Assembly (NCBI GenBank): GCA_963828195.1
Contig: CAWHDT010000008.1
Span: 1-64,000, forward strand
Direction of reading: 5' to 3'
Source: Candidatus Bathyarchaeota archaeon
GTDB lineage: Archaea; Thermoproteota; Bathyarchaeia; Bathyarchaeales; Bathycorpusculaceae
Length of the DNA stretch: 64,000 nucleotides
Under the pieces are notes generated by a model that had not been told where the DNA came from, searched no databases, and saw nothing but the letters and a program-made list of their open reading frames with translations. Below, piece by piece: positions 50,235-59,125 of the stretch (position 1 is the stretch's first letter; every line of letters starts with the position of its first letter). The position numbers and the translations under genes were made by a program.

Positions 50235-50869
50235 AATTTAAATCCCCCTGAAAACTTGATCCCGGTTATGTTTGGAGATCCAGCTGTTTAGCTGCAGGAA
50301 AAAGGCGCTCTACAACGCCACTCGACGGCGGCGAAACAGTCATTTTTCCTTGGCTGATACGTATGAGCGGAAAAAGTATTTAGGCATTGTCAACATCTCC
50401 CGCTCAATCGGCAGCTGAGAAATCTTTGTTTTATATAAGAACACGTTAAACATCTATGACTAACTTTTGAATCATACATGATTCATGATTCAAGGCACAC
50501 TGCAATGCGCTTCACCTATATTAACGTCACCTCAAAATCTCAGGTCCACACTGCACAATAAGCCCAAAACACCCATTACCGTGCACCAGCAAGATGAAAA
50601 AAAGCGCAAATATCATCAAATATATTTACTACCGAAGCATAAGTAAAGAGTTCCCAGGTCATTCATTAGAGGAGTAATTTAGGAAGAGAAGTGACGGTAT
50701 GAAGAGAAATCTTCCATCAGCGAATATGCTCTGCTTTTCAGCAGCGGGTGACATATTCCAGTTCTTGAATTATTCAAGCCATAGAAAACTAGCTTATACC
50801 ACGATGCCCTACTCCAAATTACAATCAAACAAGATCCCACATTATTCCAGAACCCCAATCTAAGTTAAC

Positions 50870-53800
50870 ATGAATCATCAAGATGAAAGAACCGTGAAGA
50901 AACAAAAAATCCTGATAATCGCATTCCTAATTTCGCTGTCAATCTGCGCATTCGCGAGCATGCAAGCCAAAGCTCAACCGACAGTTCCTACAACGACGAC
51001 TACTGTGCTTTCTCAGAATACTATCACTTTTGGCGGTTCTGTAACCGACACTGCGTCTGTTACCTCGGGCGCTACCGGGTCAGTTACTTTCTACGTTTCA
51101 ACCGACGGTGTTTCTTGGACTCAGTTGGATACAGAACCTTTAACTGCTAACATTGCGAGTTCCAATGCTTATTATCCGTCGGCTGCCGGCACCTACTATT
51201 TCATGGCAACTTACAGCGGCGACAGCAATTTCTTGACTTCTTCGAGCGGTGCCTTTGATGAGCTTTTGACGGTTAACCAGGCTTCTTCAACGACGACTAC
51301 TTCGCTCTCTTCGAGCACCATCACTTTGGGAGGTTCTGTAACCGATACTGCGACCGTTACTGGCGTCTCAGGTTTCGCTGTTCCTACTGGGACAGTCCAG
51401 TTCTATGCTTCAACTGATGGTGGTTCTACTTGGAATTTGTTTGATACGGAATCTTTGAATGTTGTGGGCACCGCTACTTCCATTCCTTTTGCTCCGTCGG
51501 CTGCATCGGCTACTGGCGCCTCCTACTACTTCTACGCGGTTTATAGTGGCGACAATAATTATGCGGGTTCTCAGAGCGGTTACACTGATGAGCCTTTGAC
51601 TGTGAATGAGGCTGCGACGACCACTGCTACTTTGCTTTCGCCTCTTGGCCCGATAACTTTGGGCGGTACGGTGGCGGATACGGTAATAATCAGCACTTCT
51701 GCTTCTGGCACTTTGCCTTCTGCTACTGGTACATGGACGATTTATGCGGCTGACAATTCCGCAATGACAGATGAGGTGTCGATTGGTAGTGGAGCCGTTT
51801 CTGGCGCTTTGAGTTTCTCGGCGACTACTGCGCCTTGGACTGCGACGCATGCTGGCACCTGGTACTTCCAAGCTGTTTACAGCGGCGACGGTAACTATGC
51901 CGGTTCAATGAGTACGCCAACTGATGAGGCGCTCGTTGTAAATGTGGCTCCGACTGTGAGTGTGTCACCCAATTCTGGGGCTATGGATGTTAGTCAGTCT
52001 ATGACGCTCACTGCTACGGTTTCTGGCGGCACTTCTCAGTATACGTATCAGTGGCTTCAGATGGCTCCTAGTGCCAGTTCTTACTCCGCGATTAATGATG
52101 CGACTTCATATAGCTATTCTTTTGCTACTACAGGTTCTACAGCGACAGGTGTTTGGAGCTTTGAACTTCAGGTAACTGATAGCGCGGGGGCAGTAATCAC
52201 TTCTTCTGCTGCAACGGTTACGGTGGCTGCTTCGCCGACTGTAAGTATCGCTCCTGTCGGTCCAGTTGCCTTGGATGTAGGTCAGGTACAGGCGTTTACG
52301 GCTACTGCTATTGGCGGTTCTGGTTCTTTGTCTTATCAATGGTATTTAGATGGCTCTGCAGTTGGGTCTGACAACTCTGGTTATTCTTATACTGCTTCGG
52401 GAACTTCGCATACAGTTACTTGCAAGGTGACTGACAGCGCTTCTGTCCCAGTTACGTCTTCTGCTTCAAACGCAGTTACAATTACAGTGGCTGCTTCGCC
52501 GACTGTAATCATCTCTCCTACCGGTCCGCTTACTCTGGATGCTGGTCAGATTCAGACCTTTACTGCGATAGCAAGTGGTGGTTCAGGCACTTTGTCTTAT
52601 CAGTGGTACTTGGACGGCGCCATGCTCAGCTCTAACAGTGCAAGCTATCTCTATACTGCTTTAGCCGGCTTGCATTCGGTTACCTGTAAGGTAACTGACA
52701 GCGCTTCTACCCCAGTTACTTCTCCAGTTTCCAACGCCGTTTTGGTTACGGCAAATTCTGCATTAATTGCCCCAACTGAGACATCCACTCCTAGCACTGT
52801 TGACCAGGGTCAGACTGTCAGTTTGACCTCTACAGCTGTAACTACAGGAACTTCTCCTTATACATATCAGTGGCTCCAGAAAGCTCCTGACGCGAGTTCT
52901 TACTCAGCGATAAGCGGTGCGGTTTCATCTAGCAATTCTTTTGCCACTTCTAGTTCTACAACCACTGGGACATGGAGTTTCGAGCTTCAGGTCACTGACG
53001 CAGCCGCTGCAGTAACCACTTCGAACCCTACGGTGGTTACGGTGAATTCTGACCCGACTGTTACCGTGACACCCACTTCTTGGACGATGGATGTTGGTCA
53101 GAGTAAGACGTTCTCTGCTAGTGCTAGTGGCGGTTCGGGTACTTACACGAGTTATCAGTGGTATGTAGGCGGGTCAGCTCAGTCTGGTAAAACTGCGTCA
53201 ACGATTAGTTTTGCTCCTGGGTCTTCGGGTTTCTACTTGATTACTGTGGCGGCTACAGATAGTTTAGGTGTGACTTCGATTCTATCTTCCCCTGCGACTG
53301 TTGCAGTGAATGTTGCGGGTGACAGCTACTTTGAGGTTTCTGGCTTTCCAAGTTCTGCCACTGCTGGTGTGGATCACACAATCACGGTGACAATTTATAA
53401 CGCGGATGGTAACGTTGACACTAATTATGCGGGTACGGTTGCGATTACATCAAGTGACAGCAACGCGGTTCTGCCTGCCAATTCTGGTCTCACTGATGGT
53501 GTCGGCTCTTTTACTGTAACTTTAGAGACTGCCGGCTCTCAGTCAATCACAGTTACCGACACATCAAATAGCTCGATTACAGGTTTTCAGAGTGGAATAA
53601 CAGTTAATCCGGCTGGTCTAGATCACTTTGTCTTGAGTAATGTTGGAACTCAAACTGCTGGTTCTGCATTCAGCATAACAATTACGGCAGAGGACGTGTA
53701 CGGGAACACGGTTACAGGGTATAGTGGTGAACCGTCTTTGACGTATTCTGCTGGGTCAATTACTCCGTCTTCCGCGACTGGTGGCTTCTCGAGTGGTGTT

Positions 53801-54652
53801 TGGACCGGTATGGTTACGGTGACTGCTGCCAGTTCAGGCGTTACTATTTCCGCAACTGACGGCACTCAAACGGGTACAAGTAACTCGTTTACCGTTACTT
53901 ATGCTGCTGTCGCTAATGTCGTAATTTCTACTGATGCTTCATCGGTTACAGCCGGGGATTCTTTGACTTATTATGCTATGGCTTATGACGTATATAGAAA
54001 CGCTTGGGATGTGACTTCTTCAACGATTTGGAGCATAAACTCCGGCGCTGGCGGTTCATGGAATGGAAACGTTTACACTTCTGTGACTGCTGGTTCCTGG
54101 ACAATTACTGGAACGTACGCTTCAGCGACTTACACTATTGGTTTAAAGGTTAATCCAGCTGGTCTAGATCACTTTGTCTTGAGTAATGTTGGAACTCAAA
54201 CTGCTGGTTCCGCTTTCCGCATAACAATTACTGCCGTTGACGCGTATGGCAACGTAGTTACGGGCTACAATGGCACGCCGACTTTGAATATTTCAACTGG
54301 GACTATTAGTCCAAATTCTCCCGGTTCCTTCTCAAGTGGAGTTTGGACAGGTATGGTTAACATTACTACGGCTGATTCAGGCCTTACCATTACGGTTACT
54401 GATGGCAGTCATTCTGGAACTAGTAACCCGTTTATGGTGACGTTGGCGCCAACATCCACTCCAACTCCCCCAACACCGACCCCCTCCCAAACTTCGACAG
54501 CACCGCCGAAGTCAGCATCATCATTTGGACTTGCGCTTGTCGCCGTCACAACCGTCGCCGAAATCATCATTATCTTCGCAGTAATAGTCATCATACATTT
54601 TAGACGAAAAACTGGCAAAGCAACCCTTTCGGCTCATTTTCTTAGTGTTTGA
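50870..54652 (+). CDS. Large S/T-rich surface protein with tandem Ig-like (Big_3/PKD-like) repeats, PT linker and C-terminal TM anchor
   Basis: Signal peptide; three Y.F.A.YSGD.NY repeats; several YQW repeats; two LDHFVLSNVGTQTAGSAF repeats; PTPTP linker, TM helix and RRK tail. Confidence 0.85.
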   Translation: MNHQDERTVKKQKILIIAFLISLSICAFASMQAKAQPTVPTTTTTVLSQNTITFGGSVTDTASVTSGATGSVTFYVSTDGVSWTQLDTEPLTANIASSNAYYPSAAGTYYFMATYSGDSNFLTSSSGAFDELLTVNQASSTTTTSLSSSTITLGGSVTDTATVTGVSGFAVPTGTVQFYASTDGGSTWNLFDTESLNVVGTATSIPFAPSAASATGASYYFYAVYSGDNNYAGSQSGYTDEPLTVNEAATTTATLLSPLGPITLGGTVADTVIISTSASGTLPSATGTWTIYAADNSAMTDEVSIGSGAVSGALSFSATTAPWTATHAGTWYFQAVYSGDGNYAGSMSTPTDEALVVNVAPTVSVSPNSGAMDVSQSMTLTATVSGGTSQYTYQWLQMAPSASSYSAINDATSYSYSFATTGSTATGVWSFELQVTDSAGAVITSSAATVTVAASPTVSIAPVGPVALDVGQVQAFTATAIGGSGSLSYQWYLDGSAVGSDNSGYSYTASGTSHTVTCKVTDSASVPVTSSASNAVTITVAASPTVIISPTGPLTLDAGQIQTFTAIASGGSGTLSYQWYLDGAMLSSNSASYLYTALAGLHSVTCKVTDSASTPVTSPVSNAVLVTANSALIAPTETSTPSTVDQGQTVSLTSTAVTTGTSPYTYQWLQKAPDASSYSAISGAVSSSNSFATSSSTTTGTWSFELQVTDAAAAVTTSNPTVVTVNSDPTVTVTPTSWTMDVGQSKTFSASASGGSGTYTSYQWYVGGSAQSGKTASTISFAPGSSGFYLITVAATDSLGVTSILSSPATVAVNVAGDSYFEVSGFPSSATAGVDHTITVTIYNADGNVDTNYAGTVAITSSDSNAVLPANSGLTDGVGSFTVTLETAGSQSITVTDTSNSSITGFQSGITVNPAGLDHFVLSNVGTQTAGSAFSITITAEDVYGNTVTGYSGEPSLTYSAGSITPSSATGGFSSGVWTGMVTVTAASSGVTISATDGTQTGTSNSFTVTYAAVANVVISTDASSVTAGDSLTYYAMAYDVYRNAWDVTSSTIWSINSGAGGSWNGNVYTSVTAGSWTITGTYASATYTIGLKVNPAGLDHFVLSNVGTQTAGSAFRITITAVDAYGNVVTGYNGTPTLNISTGTISPNSPGSFSSGVWTGMVNITTADSGLTITVTDGSHSGTSNPFMVTLAPTSTPTPPTPTPSQTSTAPPKSASSFGLALVAVTTVAEIIIIFAVIVIIHFRRKTGKATLSAHFLSV
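53612..54210 (+). repeat. 53-bp exact intragenic direct repeat (53612-53664 and 54158-54210)
   Basis: gctggtctagatcactttgtcttgagtaatgttggaactcaaactgctggttc occurs twice, 546 bp apart. Confidence 0.9.
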
Positions 54653-55422
54653 ACCAAAAAAACGCAGCATACCCCAATGGTAAGAAAGTACCCTTGATTT
54701 AACTAAGACTGAATTGGGCATAGTATTCGCCAATTAACCTGTTGGTTGAGCTTTTAGATGGGTGTCTCTACTGCCACTTGAATCAAGGCAAAGCTCGTTT
54801 TTAATCGATTCTGGAAGTGCAAAAGACTTAACTTTTAAAAGCTACACCAGATACAACCTTTTTTAATCGGTTTTTTGTGTTATTTCTTTCTAGTCAGTCG
54901 TGACTAAGTTCCCAGATAGCTCTTGCTTGTAATGCTTATTCCCAGCGAGAAACATATACATAAATATCATGCTTAAAACAAAGGCAATACTTCCAAGCCT
55001 GATAAAAGTGAAGAACGGTGCATAATTAAGAAACAGGTCATTAAAATCAACTTTATCGATAACTATTCATGCGACAATGTAGAGCCAAAGAAGAAAAGTG
55101 TATAACCAAAGCGTAGCGAACAGCGCTCTCTTTTTCCTAATAATCTTCCTCCAACCATGGCAACATATGCAACACCTACTTGCACACATTCACATTGAAG
55201 AACTTTCACCTATTTTCGTCCTTATAGAAGCTGACCAGCTTTAAGTATCGCGGATTTCAGCATCATTAGAGAGATTTCTCTCAGAAGTTTCTAGGGGGTT
55301 ATTAAAGTTGGCCTCGATTTGAGATTTGGGTATTTTTTGGGAAAACCGAGTTAAATACTTCACGATAGTTTGGTTTCTTTGATTAGAGTGAGATTTGTCA
55401 TGGGTGAGACTCTGAGCTGGAG

Positions 55423-55635
55423 GTGGTAAGGCTGGCTGGTAAGGCTGCGGAGATGGCTAAGGTTTCTGCTAAGGGCGGGTTCTATCTTTTCTGGGGCGTT
55501 GCCGTTTCGGCTGTTGTTTCAGCGGTCGGCGTCATTGTCTTGGCTAGAGTCTTGCAGCCTCAGGATTATGGTTTGTACACGATTGCCTTGGCTGCGCCAA
55601 CCTTGATTGGGACGTTTCGGGATTGGGGGCCTTAA
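55423..55635 (+). pseudogene. 5' fragment of a second Wzx flippase
   Basis: KAAEMAKVSAKGGFYLFWG...FRDWG matches the N-terminus of 45330-46913 and stops right after DWG. Confidence 0.85.
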
Positions 55636-56025
55636 ATCCATTCAAAATAAAAAAAGAGGAAAACTGATGTCTCCACTGGAGGGAGCATTCAAGGTCTACC
55701 GAGGCGAGGCTAATCGTAAAGATGATTTTCAGAAAAATTATACGTGTAATAATTTAAACTAAAACTAAAGATACCTTGTCAAACTTTAATTCAAGAAACA
55801 ACTTAAATAAATAGCGAATGGAACAGATGAAATAATTGTCTAGAACATTAATCTGATTGGTCGGTGGTTTATTGAATCTGGTATGGCTGATTCAGTCGTA
55901 TGATGGCATGAGATGGCTGTATTGGCAATTCTGTAGTTTTGTTGTTCAATTATGCGCTTGTCCCAGATGAGCAATAAGATTTATTAAGACTTAATACACA
56001 ATTTCTTCAAAAGAGGGGAATAAAT

Positions 56026-56487
56026 ACGAAAAAACCTAAACTCCCAGTAACAACAGTTCTCATAGCTTTAGTTGCCATCGCAATAGCCCTGACACTAACA
56101 ACTTATGCGGCTCTAAGCACAAATTCAAACTTGCCATCAAACGGCACGATTTCCTCAACCGCAAACTTAAGTGTGTACTCTGACAGCGGCTGCACCCAGC
56201 CCTTAACTTCCTTAAATTGGGGAACTCTCACTGCGGGAGAAACAACAAATCAAACAATCTACATTAAGAATACAAGCAGCGGCCTCTCATTAACTCTCAA
56301 CATGACAACAAGCAGCTGGTACCCAACAACTGCTAGTGGAGAAATGACTGTAACGTGGAACCAGCAAAATACGGATCTTCAGCCTGGATCATCAGTTCCG
56401 GCGATCATAACCCTGACGGTTTCTCCAACTGAAGTTGACCTCACAACCTTTAGTGTTCAAATAGACATCGGCGGAACAAACCCATAA
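56026..56487 (+). CDS. Secreted TasA/camelysin-like protein (paralogue 3) with an ACG start, or a start-codon-loss pseudogene
   Basis: The frame extends 35 codons upstream of 56131 and encodes a full signal peptide (KKPKLPVTTVLIALVAIAIALTLTTYA); GAGGGG RBS 7 nt before ACG; ends IGGTNP like paralogue 1. Confidence 0.65.
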   Translation, partial: TKKPKLPVTTVLIALVAIAIALTLTTYAALSTNSNLPSNGTISSTANLSVYSDSGCTQPLTSLNWGTLTAGETTNQTIYIKNTSSGLSLTLNMTTSSWYPTTASGEMTVTWNQQNTDLQPGSSVPAIITLTVSPTEVDLTTFSVQIDIGGTNP

Positions 56488-56636
56488 GGTGCATTCAAAA
56501 ACTAATGAGCCCCACTTAACAAAAAAAATAAGCACATTTAAACTGACGCAAGTATTCCCTAATCCAATTTTTTTCAAACTGGTTCATCTGCAGTTGCAAG
56601 AATTGTTTAGACTTTTAAAGAAGTGTTTTACGATTT

Positions 56637-56974
56637 TTAGGCGATTCTGACGATTGTTGTTATGTTGTTTGCTATTAATGCTGTTAGTGCGCAGATTGAG
56701 ATGATGTATCCTGAGTTTAGGAGTTTTTTTGTATATGGTGAGGTGGGGATGTCGGTTTTTGTTTTGGTTTCAGTTTTGTAGAATATGATTCCGGCAGTAT
56801 GACTGCTGATAGTTTTATGAGGCTGAAGATAAGCATGTTTGTCTGTGTGAATCCTGCGAGTAGTGGGTTGGTTTCTGAGGCTCCGAAGAAAACTATGCCT
56901 ATGAGGGTTGTTAGCCAATCTGCGGTTCCGACTAGGATGATTGTTGTACAAAACAGGATTGCTCTTTTAACCAC
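56637..56974 (-). pseudogene. Frameshifted DUF5658-like small membrane protein
   Basis: ADWLTTLIG...ETNPLL in one frame; the TM-rich continuation AGIIFYK...IANNITTIV is in another frame, with the junction near 56795. Confidence 0.65.
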
Positions 56975-57370
56975 GCTGCTTTGCCTCTTCCTGCACTATG
57001 TGGGCAGCGATTTAGTTATTTATTCTCAATGTTGACGTGTACTTACTGATATGCGCCTATACATGAATCTTCACGTGAACACATAAAAAATGGTCTTGAA
57101 CAATTAAATTTTTGAGTATTTCAAAGCAAACCTTGCAGCATATATGTCGAACACAAGCCCAACGCAGTTATGTAGCTGAAGCCAACAACGCCCGCCTTTT
57201 TTAAACTGCGAACTTGCCTGTCTTCTTGGTGCATTATGATGCCTAATTTCAAAGCTGATCCTTCTCCGTTTTGGACAGCCAACGGATCAGCTTTGGAACC
57301 TGCACGTTACTGCATTCTTCAAGCTTACTTTGAAATGTGACTTTTCTATTAAGCGGCATATTGCAGCCCT

Positions 57371-57440
57371 GTTCACTCGACTTTTTCCGGCATTATTCGA
57401 CTTTTTCCGACTTTTATCCACTTTATTCGACTTTTATTCA
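57371..57440. repeat. Degenerate tandem array of 10-bp units
   Basis: gttcactcga ctttttccgg cattattcga ctttttccga cttttatcca ctttattcga cttttattca. Confidence 0.85.
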
Positions 57441-57601
57441 CTCAACCTGCAAACAATTTAAGCTTTGATTCAAAAAAGCAACTCAAACCACGAGAACAAA
57501 AATTTAGAAAGAACTAAAAACTTGGAGCTCCACACGCCTTAAAAATGTAGCCGCGGTAAGGGCTGCGAGATGTCATTTAGGTGTTTTCAAACGTTGCTGT
57601 T

Positions 57602-58459
57602 TCAATGGTGAAAGCGTTTGTAGGATAGCTCTAATGCTGCCCAATATCTTTCGGGGCTGCCGATGTCGAGGTGGGTGTAGCTTTTATCTAGTTTAACGGC
57701 GTACACGTTTAATCCCCATTCAATCAGCTTCTGTATGGCGTCAGTTAACTCGACTTCACCGAATTTTCCAGGTTTAGTCGCTTCTAAGGCTTTAAAAATT
57801 ACGGGGTGAAAACTGTACATGGCCATTATCGCTAAATTGGACGCTGGCTTCTGAGGTTTTTCCTCAGCCGCTTTCACTTTTATAACTCCTGGTTCTACTT
57901 CGTCTCCTTCAACAATTCCGTATTGCTTTGGATTTTCTATTTCAAGAACGATGAAAGCAGCATCAGCATTTAGCCGCTCTGAAACATCTAAGAGTTTCTT
58001 GAGGTAATCCATGTCCTTTGAAATAAGGCAGCTGTCGCCAGCATGAACTACGCAACGTTCATTTTGCACGAACGGCTGAGCATTTAAAACGGCGTTACCG
58101 AATCCCTTGGCTTCAGGTTGATTAACCCACATAATCGTAGACGCCTTAAGTTTATCATAAAAACCGTTTAAGTCATCAGCTTGCCCATGTTTACCAGTGT
58201 TTTGCAGATTATGAATGCAGTTAAAATCGGGGGTAAAATGATCCTCTATCCCGCGTTTTCCTCTGCCTACTACAAAGCAGAACTCTCTGAGCCCTGCGTT
58301 ATGTAGATTTTCAAAGACCATTTGCAGGACAGGCTTAACCGACAATCCGGCGTTGGTGGTTTCTGAGAAGATGGGCAGCATTTCCTTCGGCTGCTCTTTT
58401 GTTGCTGGATATAGACGAACTCCTAAACCTGCGGCTGGGATAATGACTTTGCGAATCAT
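57602..58459 (-). CDS. galU: UTP--glucose-1-phosphate uridylyltransferase
   Basis: KVIIPAAGLGVRLYPATKEQPKEMLP, GRGKRGIEDHF, QPEAKGFGNAV, EKP, GEVELTDAI. Confidence 0.85.
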   Translation of the reverse strand: MIRKVIIPAAGLGVRLYPATKEQPKEMLPIFSETTNAGLSVKPVLQMVFENLHNAGLREFCFVVGRGKRGIEDHFTPDFNCIHNLQNTGKHGQADDLNGFYDKLKASTIMWVNQPEAKGFGNAVLNAQPFVQNERCVVHAGDSCLISKDMDYLKKLLDVSERLNADAAFIVLEIENPKQYGIVEGDEVEPGVIKVKAAEEKPQKPASNLAIMAMYSFHPVIFKALEATKPGKFGEVELTDAIQKLIEWGLNVYAVKLDKSYTHLDIGSPERYWAALELSYKRFHH

Positions 58460-58550
58460 AGTAATCTCTTCAAACTGTTTGCTATGTGCATTTAAGTATA
58501 TAATTGATGTGAATTATAAAAAAGAATTATGACTATGCTGGAGCTGCTGG

Positions 58551-58975
58551 CTAAGATAGATCACGGGTGTGTCGTATTGGATCATCGCTGTGTTTTGAAT
58601 GTTTTAAAGTAGCCTGGTTGATTATTGCGTTTTCGATTATGTAGCCTGAGCCCGTTTTCTGATTCCAACCGCTACTGGTATGTGTGATTATAATTTGCCC
58701 TGCTCCTGTGTTGATTTGGCTGTTGCTACTGCCTACTGCCGTCAAGATGCCGTAACTTGTATGTATTAGCTATTCAGGTTGACGGTGACTACAGGTTCAA
58801 TAGTCAAAGTCACTCCAGCGTTCGCAGCTACGGGTCCAATAAATGTGTATGGGCTGTTTGCTTGCGTCCAAGTAGTATTTGAAGTGATTATGCCATTGAC
58901 TGACGTAGAGGTTTGCGCTTTTCCAGAAGGCACGCTACTAACAAAAGCTAACCGGCAAATCATAAGAGCTATCAA
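58551..58975 (-). pseudogene. Decayed secreted beta-helix-type surface protein
   Basis: Signal peptide plus NGIITSNTTWTQANSPYTF..VTLTIEP; in-frame TAA at 58766-58768, then a frameshift into LTAVGS... Confidence 0.65.
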
Positions 58976-59125
58976 TAATACTGCAGATGCATGTTTGACA
59001 AAAGTATCCCTAACTATATACAGGCAATCAAGGGATAAAAAGTATTACTCTTAATCGATTATTAGCCTAAGAAATCGCTTTATTTGGTGAACAAAATAAA
59101 AAAAATTGGGAAAAGAAAAAGGGGT

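Noticed and set aside
53612-54210. Diversity-generating retroelement TR/VR pair
   Set aside because: The repeat is an exact in-frame domain duplication with no adenine-specific mismatches, and no reverse transcriptase is present
57371-57440. Possible CRISPR array
   Set aside because: Units are 10 bp, contiguous and have no unique spacers; no cas operon
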